From: Curvularia clavata
Lineage: Eukaryota
NCBI GenBank assembly: GCA_023920165.1
Contig: CP089274.1
Location: forward strand, 1,736,001 to 1,800,000
Direction: 5' to 3'
Length of the DNA: 64,000 bases
Positions 25,838 to 37,384 of this stretch are shown here, in pieces (the first letter of the stretch is position 1; each line of letters starts with the position of its first letter). The position numbers and the translations under genes were made by a program. The notes under the pieces are model-generated. The model did no database searches. It worked only from the letters and a program-made list of their open reading frames with translations, and had not been told where the DNA came from.

Positions 25838-28550
25838 TATATTTATACTACATTCTATATAGTTCTAAATTCTAATAAAGTTAGAACTAAAAATATTCTA
25901 CTAATTTTCTTACTTTTATAGATAAGCTTAACTATGAAAATACTCTAAAAATAGATATTTATATATATAATACTTAGAAAATAGCTAAAAAATAAATAGA
26001 GAAAGTCTTAAATAGAATACTAACTATAGTTAATTACTATTACTATTCTTTTAATTAGAATATTAAACATACAGTTTTTCTAAGTATTTAGAACTTTATA
26101 ATAGACTATTTAAATAGAAAACTATACTCTAAATAGAAAAACTTTTTTAGAGTACTTAAAAAAGTAGAATTTTTATACCATTTAAACTTTCTTAAAAAAA
26201 TCTAGATTTATAATATTTTTACTTTAGATCTATTTTATAGATATTTTTAAAACTCTTTTCTAAGATAAAATCTTTTAGATTTGTTAAATACTTTTATTGA
26301 GAATATAAAAAAATAGAAAGTAGAAAAAATTCTAGTAATTAGATTATATTACTTAAATCTAAAATACTAAATATAGTAGATTAGATAAAATTTAGACTTT
26401 ATTTAGTATTTAATTTTAATTTCAATTTTAATTTCAATTTTAAATAAGCTCTATATGAGTTTAAACTTTTCTATACATAATATCTTACTAAGCTAAAACT
26501 TCAATATTTTTTTTAGTAAATAGAATATAGAATAGAAATAAAATATAGAGAATATAACTTTACTATAAAATAATAAAATTTGGAGAAAAAGAAATAGAAA
26601 CTTTATTAGATATTAGTAATAAAAAAATCAAAACTTAAACTTTATAACTACTAGTAAATCTTTACAATATTCTTTTACTTAAAATTTGATATCAAAGCGC
26701 TTTAGCTTAGTATTAGCTATTTTCTAGTTAACTTTACTTTTATTTTTTGTTTACGAGAAGGATAAACTAGACTATTTCTCTAACTTCTTAATTCAGAAGC
26801 TATTTTAAATACTACTCTAAGCTAATTTAGTTTTAAAATATAAAAGATGCTTTTCTATATTATTAACTATATTAACTAACTTTAAAATACTATTTTAAAT
26901 ATTCTTTAGAATCTAGTTCTAAGCGATAAAAAGCTAATTACCTAAAAGCTTCTTCTTCTAGAATTTAATAATTTAGACTCTATAAATAATATCTAAAATA
27001 GTAATAATAATTCAATTAAGTAGTATTTCTATATTAGTAGTAATTATAGAGCTATACTAAATAATAGTATATAATTTAATAGTTTTGATTAAATTATAAA
27101 GCTTTTTAAATATATGTTTAGAAATCTATCTAGATTAGCTCAACTATAAATAATAATAATAGAAAAAGATAATTTATAAAACTATACTTCTCTTTCTACT
27201 AAATATGATAAAGATATTTTTTGGAAAAATTAGATAAATAAGTATATGTAATATTGAATTAATAGCGTAACAAGACGTAGATAATTTATAGGTAGATGAA
27301 GTAATATATATCTAGTAATATAGTAAATAGATAATAAAAAAATATAGTAAAGACAAGTATATTAAGTTATAACTAACTTATTTTAATCAAAAAGTATAGA
27401 AGAGAAAACTTAGTAGTAATACTATATTATTATTAATATACCTATTAGAAAGAGTAAATCGTCTTAGTATATATAATTTAAATAGCTATTAAATTCTAAT
27501 TATAAATAAATTGCTAGCAATTTCAAATTCTAATTAAAGCGTTTAAGTCTATCTAGTCGATAAAAGTAAATAGTCTAGTAGCTAGATAGTAAAATAGTAG
27601 TACTATATAAGTACTAGAGTAGTTACTAAAGCTTAAATATAAAAACTAAAGTAAAAGATATATATAGCTATAAAAGCTATACTAGAACTGGAGTATTTTA
27701 TTACTTAGAGTAGTATAGTATGGAGAAAATCTAAAGAAATTAGAAATAAGAGACTTTATAGTATAGAAAAAAAAATAACTACTTAAACTAATAGCTATAA
27801 AGCTAGCTATCTACTAGAGAAAGAGATAATATAACTATATATAGACTATACTATACTTTAGGTCTAAACGCTTATTAAAATCTAATTAAACGCTAGATTA
27901 AATCTAATAAAATCTATATCTAGATATAAATACTAAATATCTTCTATAAATATTTAATAGATTTTTAATGTCTTTGTATACTAGGCCGATAAGTATCTAC
28001 TAAATCTAAAGTATTTCTATTATTCTACGCACTTCTATATATATTGAGTGACACTTCCTACCAGAACCAATTCGACTAGTCTTGCTCGTGCCATTATAAC
28101 TGATAGATAATTAGTATTAGTTTAGAAGATTTAATGATTATAATAAAATAGATATAGTAAAAACATTTCAAAAATCGAAGAAGCTAATAGATAATATTTA
28201 AATGATAAAAAAGTCTTTAAAGATATTAAACACGTAGTAAATAGAAATTAGTTAAAAAGTAATATTAATTAAACTACTAAACTAGAGACTAAGTTCATAA
28301 AAATAGAGTATTTATAGTCAGAAGTTATATATTATACTATTATCTTACACGTTAAATTTTCATTATAATTATAGTTAATTAAGTATAGATTTCTCTATCT
28401 ATAGTCAGATAGATAATAAGATAATTATTATTTTTTTATAGCTTAGTTCTATTTACACTAGTACCAACTTTTGAAGATAAAAGCTACATAGTTTTTAGTA
28501 TTCAAAATTTAGAGTCTAAAAGGTCTTATATTTAAGTTTCTACTTAGATA

Positions 28551-29371
28551 ACGTGTTGGATAAGCGAGTGAGCCAGGCAAGCGAGTGAGCCACCTCACCA
28601 ACTTTCCACAACGCCTCAACTTCAATCAACTATGGCGTCCCCCCAACAAGCTTCTAAGGTCTCTTGTGAGGCTGATATATATCTTATAATTTCAGCTCTT
28701 AATATAAAGTAAATTGAAACCGAGAGATGCGCTGCTAAGATATTTAATATCTCGCGAGCTATACTCTACCGCCAACGCACTGGTTGCCCTGCCCGACGCG
28801 ATTGTTAGCCTAATTTAAAGAAGCTAACTAAGCTAGAAGAGGAGATGATAGTTGATCATATACTTAATCTCGATTCACGTGGATTTGCGCCTACGTACGC
28901 TGCTGTGCGCGATATAGCTAATAAGCTGCTGGCTGCGCGCGGCGCTAGCTAGGTTAAGTAGAAGTGGCCAGCTAACTTTGTTAAGCGTACAGACAGTCTT
29001 ACAACGCGCTTTAATCGGGCGTATAATAGACAGAGAGCTCTATATGAAGATCTAGTCTTAATTAAGAGCTAGTTTGAGCTTATAGAGTAGACAAAGGCCA
29101 AGTACGGCATCTGCGACGAGGACGTCTACAACTTCGACGAAGCTGGCTTCTTAATAGGCAAGATTACTACTCAGCTTATCGTTACAGCGTCAGAAAGAAG
29201 AGCTCGGCCAAAGGCTATCTAGCTAGATGGTCGCGAGTGGGTGACATTTATCGCTGGGATTAACGCAGCCGGCTGGTCTATCCCGCCGTTTCTAATCTTT
29301 ACTGGTAAGTATTACCTATCTGCCTAGTACGAGGAGGCAGAGATTCTACGCGACTGGGCGATCGCAGTCAG
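28551..29371 (+). mobile_element. 5' half of a Fot1/pogo element truncated by the Gypsy LTR
   Basis: TA|acgtgttggataagcgagtgagcca TIR, ATG at 28632, VYNFDEAGF at ~29124; ends abruptly at the LTR TG. Confidence 0.92.
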
Positions 29372-29642
29372 TGTAACCATGCATAGACCAAAACATACCC
29401 CAGCCAGGGCAGCTTATCAAGATCCGATTGAGAGCCGGGTCAGACCCGATGAAGACCCGCACCCAGGTATAAGTACCAGGTACCTTCCATAGATGTTCGG
29501 TAGATTTTTGATATCCTTTCGTACCAGGCCTATGAGTGTCTACCGAATCCAAGGTGTTTCTGCTGTCCCACGCACTTCCATATGCATTTGAGTGACACTT
29601 CCCACCGGAACCGATTCGACTAGTCTTGCTCGCGCCGTTACA
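29372..29642 (+). repeat. 5' LTR
   Basis: tgtaac...gttaca; direct repeat of 36297-36567; TATAAG at ~29468. Confidence 0.97.
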
Positions 29643-29937
29643 TTATATCAAAAATCTCGTCCCAGCCGGTGACGGCCTTCAAAACAATATCGCAGCTTGT
29701 TTGTTGAGACCGCGCCCAAGCCCAAGTCCCTCCGGAACCGCTCCGGATACTTCACACCGTTACGTCCCATATTCACACATAGGCGGGATCCCTTCGATCT
29801 CCCGCCGACCGAAGCCTTTGGGTTTGGACCTCCTGTACTGATTGCAGTCAGGTTAACTTCGGAGAAGTCGCGTAGATTGCGCCAGGGTAGAGACTCGGAG
29901 ACTACCAAAAACCCATCAGCCACGAAGACAACCGTCG

Positions 29938-31128
29938 ATGGCTGACCTAACCCCATCCGGCTCAGGAGAGCTTTCCAGGAAGTCGCCGCGCTTCCAAGAT
30001 TCGAAGTCAAGAGAGAAGACGCCTGGCAAACCGCCAGCCGTCGAAGAGGAAGAGGATTCGGAAGAGGATGAGACTAGCCTCCTTCGGGCAGAGATCGACA
30101 GGCTAAACGAACAAATCGCACGGCTGTCCCGCCAAAACACCGCAGCCCCAGATCAACCTCTCCCCTCCACCGAATCACCACCGACTATCGCTGAACCAAC
30201 CGAAACTCAATTCGGAAGGTACCAGTCAGCAACCCCGGACCTGCTACGTGTCAAACTCACAGAACGTACCCCTTCCATTGATAACCTTAGTGATGGAACA
30301 GAACCTACGTTCCGCCAATGGCAAGCGTCAATAGAGGACCGCTTAACAATCAATGCGGACCATTATCGGAGTGAACGCGCACGCATGGCTCTAGTCTGGG
30401 GACATACTACAGGTATCGCCAAGGGATACCTGGAACCACAGTACCTAGCCGATTCGGTGGAGGACCGGTTCCAAAACGCCGAAGATATGATAGCTACTCT
30501 AAAATCATACTTCGTATCCGGCAACGAGCAAGCGGAAAGCCGCGCTGCTTTCCACCGCTTGCTCATGGACAAAAAGGAAACCTTCGCTGAATTTAAGGCA
30601 AAATTTATAAGTGCTGCTGTCAAAGGATCCGTATCGAAGTCGGAGTGGTTTTTCTACTTATGGGAAAAAATTACCCCCGCCTTGCGTGTTCCAAACTTGG
30701 GATTTAAACACCAGTGGAACAACTCCTTTGACAAGATGATACAACACCTTACTGCCTTCGATACCGAAAGAAGGAACACTCCTTTCGGACACGGTTCGGA
30801 ACCCACTTCCAATAATTCTCGTACTCCACCAACGAAGCCCCGCGTCAGTCAATACCGGGACTACCGCCCAAACACTTATGGAGTCCGATCCGAACCAGCT
30901 CCGACCCAATCTCGCGCTCATTCTAATACCCCCAGGTTCCCTTCAAAGACCCCCGCACCGGATAGCAAACCGACTACTAGTAATTGCTATAACTGCGGAA
31001 AACCTGGACATTATGCGAATGAGTGCCCCATTCCTCGGGTTCGAGAAATCGAAGCAGAGAAGGAAGAATTCGAAGAAGCACACGAATACTTATCGGAAGA
31101 GGACCGGGCGGGAAACCACCAGGCCTAG
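29938..31128 (+). CDS. gag: Gag (396 aa) with CCHC zinc knuckle
   Basis: Open ORF containing CYNCGKPGHYANEC. Confidence 0.95.
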   Translation: MADLTPSGSGELSRKSPRFQDSKSREKTPGKPPAVEEEEDSEEDETSLLRAEIDRLNEQIARLSRQNTAAPDQPLPSTESPPTIAEPTETQFGRYQSATPDLLRVKLTERTPSIDNLSDGTEPTFRQWQASIEDRLTINADHYRSERARMALVWGHTTGIAKGYLEPQYLADSVEDRFQNAEDMIATLKSYFVSGNEQAESRAAFHRLLMDKKETFAEFKAKFISAAVKGSVSKSEWFFYLWEKITPALRVPNLGFKHQWNNSFDKMIQHLTAFDTERRNTPFGHGSEPTSNNSRTPPTKPRVSQYRDYRPNTYGVRSEPAPTQSRAHSNTPRFPSKTPAPDSKPTTSNCYNCGKPGHYANECPIPRVREIEAEKEEFEEAHEYLSEEDRAGNHQA

Positions 31129-34100
31129 GAAAACTCTCCGCCCTAGGCATGAACAAGTATGATCTAGCTAAAATTGATTTATCCCACTTGTTCGGAGGAA
31201 AACACTTCCTAGTCCCCACCGTTCTTTGTTCGAAAGGCTTTGGCGTCAGCTTGCATTCCTTAGTTGACACCGGAGCCCAAGGTTTTTTATTCTTAAATTC
31301 TGCTATTGCTCGTACCCTTTCCGGCTCTCTTCAGGTCCCCATCCGAAGACTTCCTTTCAAGATCACAGTCAAAGGATTTCAGGACCAAGTCCAAACTAGG
31401 ATAGACAAATATATTCGGTTACATATCCGAATCGATGGAAGAAAGATTTACAACTGTCCCTTCGTGATCATGGATCTAGGGACACAGGACTGCATAATCG
31501 GAATCAAGTGGTTAAGACGTTTCCAGCTTAGGCTTGATACGAGCCGGAACCGAATCGTATGGCCAGCCAAGTACCCTCCAACATATGATCCTGCGCCCCC
31601 TATTCTTGTACAGTTGAAACAATCTTCCGTCGATGCTGATGTGGAACGGGACATACAGAGGCGAGACGCACTATGGGAAAAGGACAACTACCGGAGGCAA
31701 AACAGTCCTCGCAAAGCTCTTATACGAAGAATTAGAGAATGCCTCAAACTTCCCAAGGTTCGTCTACCACCACCTGTTCCCGACCCTACTCCGGACCCTA
31801 TCCGACCAACATCTTCACCCCGTATCGCCATCATTTCGGCAAATGCTTTCCATTATTCTATGAAGCGTAAGGAAAACGAGTTCTTCACGACAAGTATCTA
31901 TGAGATCGATCGCATCTTAGAAGAGCGCATGAAGCCAGACGATCCCGAAAACGCCAAACTTGTTCGGGACCGACTTCCATCCGCTTACCATTCGTACCGC
32001 GATGTCTTCAGCAAGACAGCGGCAGAGCTACTGCCCGAACATCGCCCATACGATCATAAGATTGTGCTGACCGAACCTCTTCCGAATCAATTCAGTCCTC
32101 TGTACAAGCAGAGCACTGAAGAACTCGAAGCCACCAAGACGTTCGTAATGGAAAACCTTAGGAAAGGACACATTGACCCAAGCCACTGCCCCTTCGCCTC
32201 CCCAGTCCTTTGTGTTCGGAAGCCAAACGGAGACATTCGCATCTGTGTAGATTACCGCCGACTCAACGCAATCACCAGAAAGGATGCGTATCCGATACCG
32301 CGCATTGACGAGCTTCTAGCCCGCACCCACAAGGCGAAAATCTTCACCAAGCTCGACATACGTGCGGCATTCAACAAGATCCGAATGCACCCCGACTCGG
32401 AGGAGTACACCACGTTCCGCACTAGATACGGAACCTACAAGTCCAAAGTGCTGCCTTTTGGATTATGCAACGGCCCTGCAACATATCAACGCTACATGAA
32501 TGATGTGTTGATTGATTATCTAGACAGCTTCTGCATAGTCTACCTAGACGACATTTTGATCTACTCCGAATCGGAACCGGACCACCCCCGCCACGTACAA
32601 CAGGTCTTGGAAAGGCTTAGGCAAGCCGGTCTTCAAGTTGACATCAAGAAAAGCGAATTCCATGTCACTCGGACCAAATACCTAGGGTACATTTTGACCA
32701 ACCAAGGTCTAGAGGTGGACCCTGACAAGGTGGAAGCCCTTCAAGATTGGGTCCGACCTACCACCGTTACTGGTGTGAAGTCGTTCCTAGGGTTCACTGG
32801 GTTCTACAGGCAGTTCGTTCCTGAATACTCGCGAATTGCGAAACCTCTCCTCGCCCTCCAGAGCCCCTCAAGACCATTCGTATGGGATTCGGAGTGCGAC
32901 CAAGCCTTTGAAAGGTTAAAATCTGCACTGCTGGCAATTCCCACCTTGTACCACTACCATCCAGAGTATGATACCAAGGTGGAGACCGACGCGTCCGATG
33001 GCGTTGTGGCAGGCGTTCTTTCCCAAAAGCAGCCAAATGGAAATTGGTGTCCTGTAGCATTCTTCAGCAAGGTCCTATCCGGGTCTGAGCTGAACTGGGA
33101 AATACACGACAAAGAACTATTCGCCATTGTAACGGCGTTTAGCAAGTGGCGACCGGAGCTACTATCAATACGCTCTCGTGTCGATGTGTACTCAGACCAC
33201 CGTTCCCTCGAATACTTTATGACTACCAAAGTCCTGAATGCCCGCCAAGTGCGATGGGCGGAAGAATTGGCATCCTTTAATTTCCACATCCGATACACCC
33301 CTGGAAAGGATAATGCTCGTGCTGACATCCTCTCCCGACGAGAGCAAGATGTGGGGAATCTGAAGACAGCCCAAATCGACAACCGTTCGCGGGTCCTCCT
33401 GGGACCGCACCGACTCGATAACCGAATTAACTCCGAACTTGCTAAGACCTATGTAGCCCAACTCCAAGCGGAATCTTTCTTTTTACTTGTAGTTGAGCCT
33501 ATATCGGAGCCGATGTCCCTCGATTTGCTGGAGCTGATCGAGTCTATTCTATAAGAGAACCGAGCCTTGTTTGGGGCAGAGCGAAGGTCCCTTCTGGACA
33601 GATACCGGATCGAAAACGGACTCCTGCTCTATTCCAACCGCCTATGCATTCCTTCTACTTCTACCCTTGTGACTCGCCTTATTCGGGAAGTACACGACCA
33701 GGTATCCTCAGCGCACCCTAGTGCGAAGAAGACCTACCAACTACTGTCCCAGAAGTACTACTGGAAGGGTATGGAATCCACCTGTAAAAGGTATGTGCGG
33801 AATTGCATAGCCTGTAGGAAGGCCTATCCTAGACAGACCCGAATTCTAGGGATGATTCATCTTTTGCCAATTCCTGACCGGCCGATGCAGCACCTGTGTA
33901 TCGACTTTAAGGAATTTCCCCGAGACCGATCCGGTTACGACATGATTATGGTCGTGATCGACCGGTTATCTAAGCAGGCCATCTCCATCCCCTGCCATAA
34001 GACTATTGATGCAAGGGGAATGGCCGACCTATTCGTGTAATGGGTGTACCGATTTGGCCACACACCTGAAACTATAGTCTCTGACCGAGGACCATAGTTT

Positions 34101-35045
34101 ATTTCAAGCTTCTGGTCGGAATTCTGCCGAATCCTAGGCGTTAAGGTTAAGCTGTCAACCGCCTACTATAAAGAAACGGATGGTCAGACAGAGATTATGA
34201 ATAAGTACATCGATTAGAGGTTGCGCCCATTCGTATCCTACTACCAAGACAACTGGAGTGGACTTCTACCTTTGATCGATCGTGCTTAAATTTCCCTACC
34301 ACATTCTTCTATTGGTACGTCCCCGTACCACATCCTATATGGTTCCGAACCCCGGCAGAGTTGGGACTGGAAACATTCCACCAGCCCTCTCACCCCCACT
34401 GACAAACTCAACTATAAGGATGCATTGGAAATGGCTACCCGTATGTACGACGCATGGAAGGTGGCTAAGGAACAAATGGAGAAAGCCCAGGATAGGATGC
34501 GAACTACAGTCAACCGCCATCGCCGTTCTGTTGATTGGGATGTTGGAGATATGGTCTTCCTAAGTACCCGGAACCTCGCGTCAGACCGTCCGAGCAGGAA
34601 GCTATCCTCCAAATGGGAGGGGCCCTTCAGGGTACTTGAGAAGGTAGGACATTTATACTGCTTGGACCTTCCGAAAGGGTCCCGGATCTATGATGTCTTC
34701 GCCCCGGATCTGTTATGCAAAGATTCTTAAGACCCCCTCCTAGGATAAGAATCTCTAAGGCCCCTAGCAACTCCCATCCAAGGCGTGGAAGAATGGGAGG
34801 TAGAAGAAATCCTAGTAAGTAAGTTGTACCGCTCAAATCTAAAATACTAAGTACGGTGGGTCGGATATGACCCGGATCCTACCTGGTACCTAGTCTCAAA
34901 CTTTATGGGAGCCCCACACAAGCTCAAACTCTTCCATGAACAACATCCCACCAAACCGGGACCCCCACGTTCCCTTGGCAAGTGGATCACGGCATGGGAA
35001 TAAGGTACAGAGGATATGACTTCACTGTAGGATGACAAAATTTAA
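31110..35045 (+). pseudogene. pol: Pol (protease, RT, RNase H, integrase, chromodomain) in the -1 frame; open to 33554, then nonsense codons
   Basis: LVDTGA, YLDD, TDAS/DKEL/DHRSL, HHCC finger, SDRG, chromodomain WEVEEIL...VRWVGY. Stops at 33552, 34038, 34095, 34215, 34287 and later. The 3' end is approximate. Confidence 0.95.
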
Positions 35046-35143
35046 AGAAAAGGAAAAATAGAAACTTTATTGGGTATCAGTAATAAAGGAAACTCGGACC
35101 CGAACCCCACAACCACCAACAAACCCCCAAAATGTCACCTCAC

Positions 35144-35811
35144 TCAAAGTTCAACATCAGAGCGCTCCTGCTTAGCGTCGGCCATCTCCTGGCCAACCGC
35201 ACCCTTGTCCTCCTCAGAGGAGGAGGACAAACTAGACCATTCCTCCGACTCCTCGACCCGAGGGCCGACCCGGGCGCCACCCCGAGCCGACCTGGCCTCA
35301 AGACGCGAAAGGCGCCTTTCTATGCCATTGACTGTATCGACCAACTCCAAGATGCTGTCTCGGATGTCCCTCAGGACCTGGTTCTGGGCGACGAGGAGCT
35401 GATTGACTGAAAGCTCCTTCTCCTGGGACCTGACAACTTGGACCTTGCGGGCGATGTCCAAAGCGGCGGCAGCGATTCGATCAAGCAATACCTCCGTATC
35501 GGCATCAACTGCAGGGCCATACCGAGCGATGGCACACAACTCGATGGCATCGATTAAATCGTGAAACTCCTCGAAGACGTACTCGGGAACCTATCCGGGT
35601 TAGCCAAGCTGCAAATAGTGAAGGAAAAGAGAAGCAAACTTATAGGATCGCACTTCTCCTTCTGCTGGGTGCAATAAAGACACTTCTTGGAGGAATCGGA
35701 CGGGTAGGCGTAAGCAATGTCGAACTGACGGCGCGCCAAGGCGCGGACAGCTCGCAGATAGATGAAGCGATACGCATCTGGCAGCGCACCGGGCGGACAA
35801 CGAAGAGGCAT
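35144..35811 (-). CDS. Antisense accessory gene of the Gypsy element, 2 exons (35811-35644, 35590-35144), ~204 aa; splice donor mutated in this copy
   Basis: ATG at 35811; 53-nt intron (A)TAAGT...GCTAAC...TAG joins two ORFs in phase; CLYCTQQKEKC motif followed by a helical/coiled-coil region and an acidic tail. Confidence 0.75.
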
Positions 35812-36296
35812 AGCGAAAACGAGTGCGTTGAGTTGTAACTGACTTGTTTTGATTGAGAAGCGTGGAGGAGAAAACTCGGCGGCGACACTGTGTTGTTGTT
35901 GATATACACACTGGGGGAGCAAACAGTCTTGGCACACGTGACCTGGATAGCCGTTGGACCCTGACTACAAACGAATCGCCGGCGACTCGGGGCTCCGATC
36001 GAAGCGTCCAGGCCTGTCTGGCAGGTGAAGGCAAACGGCCTAGCGGCTAGGCAGCAAGGCAGCAGCGCCACGTGAGTACCGGAATGGTCACTGAGGCTCA
36101 GGCACAGAGGCTTAAGTGAAGGACATGCACGGCCACGGGAGCTACACCGGAACCGGAGCATCCTATTGCCCGGAGTGGCGCAGTGTGGGGAAAATCTGGG
36201 GGAAATCAGGAACGAGGGACTCTATGGTGCAGGGAAGAAGAATGACAACCGGAATAGACAGCTGTGGGACCAGCTGTCTACCGGGAGGGGGGGTAA

Positions 36297-36567
36297 TGTA
36301 ACCATGCATAGACTAAAATATACCCCAGCTAGGGCAGCTTATCAAGATCCGATTGAGAGCCGGGTCAGACCCGATGAAGACCCGCACCTAGGTATAAGTA
36401 CCAGGTACCTTCCATAGATGTTCGGTAGATTTTTGATATCCTTTCGTACCAGGCCTATGAGTGTCTACCGAATCCAAGGTGTTTCTGCTGTCCCACGCAC
36501 TTCCATATGCATTTGAGTGACACTTCCCACCGGAACCGATTCGACTAGTCTTGCTCGCGCCGTTACA
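36297..36567 (+). repeat. 3' LTR
   Basis: Differs from the 5' LTR at four visible sites (36314, 36319, 36330, 36389), all CpA->TpA. Confidence 0.97.
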
Positions 36568-37359
36568 TCGGGTATACCCCTATTTTTACTCCTTTTTTAG
36601 CTCTAGCACCAGTATTATTAGTGTTAAGCTAAAATAATATATTAGTAATATTTAGACTAGAGTGCTAGCTCTCTAATGACGTCAGAATTACTTGATTTGG
36701 ACTAGTATTGGCCAAGATAATCGATAGCCCTAGCTAAATACCCGATTTACCAGTCTAGTGTAGACACTACATTAATTACCGCGATAGATAGCCGCCTAGG
36801 AGGCGTAGACACTATATAACGCGCGCGAGATTAAGGCTTAAATTAGTCTTATTTAATAGAGCGTGAGAAATTGCTATAAGTCTTCTACTAATTTACTTAC
36901 TAAGTAGATCGCATAGTTGAGTAAAAGGGCTTAGCAAATAGTATATAAGATAGTGCTTCTAATAGAGAAAATTACTACTCTTTAAGCAGCTCTTAATAAG
37001 TTAAATAAATATAAGAGCTATAAGCAGCGATACGTATAGATAGAAGAGACTCTTACTATAGGCAAAGTATAAGAAGTATTAGCTAAATAGGCGGGTAGTA
37101 GTCGTGGCGACGGTAAGAGTGCGTTGAAGAGGGTGCGAGGAGAGAGGCGGTGCGGGCGTTATAAGCAGACTGGATATAACGCTTATATCTATACAGTTAA
37201 AATAGATAGTATAAATAATAGCAGCGATTCTAATAATTAAATTAATATATTATAATAGTTTATTAACTGTGATAAAAGACCGTAATAACGTGTCGACGTC
37301 GGCGCGCTGGTGGGGCGTGAGCCGCTCGGTTGGGTGAGCCGCTCGCTTGTGAACCACGT
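36568..37359 (+). mobile_element. Half MITE (36568-36757) fused to a pogo 3' fragment and right TIR (36758-37359)
   Basis: 36568-36757 is the reverse complement of 16464-16653; the rest matches ~22427-23029. Confidence 0.9.
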
Positions 37360-37384
37360 TAGAGCTAAATATAACACTGTGAAC

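Larger units (their letters stand above)
15451..28098 (+). mobile_element. RIP-degenerated Gypsy copy (LTRs 15451-15721 and 27830-28098) carrying four nested insertions
   Basis: Colinear with the intact copy through gag, pol, chromodomain and the antisense region; ~1.1 kb RT/RNase H deletion; no matching TSD. Confidence 0.88.
29372..36567 (+). mobile_element. Ty3/Gypsy chromovirus-type LTR retrotransposon (7196 bp), lightly RIP-mutated
   Basis: 271 bp TG...CA LTRs, gag with zinc knuckle, PR-RT-RH-IN-chromodomain order, polypurine tract at ~36283-36293. Confidence 0.98.

Noticed and set aside
26408..26443. (TTTYAA)n tandem repeat
   Set aside because: A local short duplication within the degraded chromodomain of the old Gypsy copy.
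35600..36161. Overlapping 144-aa and 173-aa minus-strand ORFs as an env-like gene
   Set aside because: No transmembrane or signal features; only the frame starting at ATG 35811 splices coherently.
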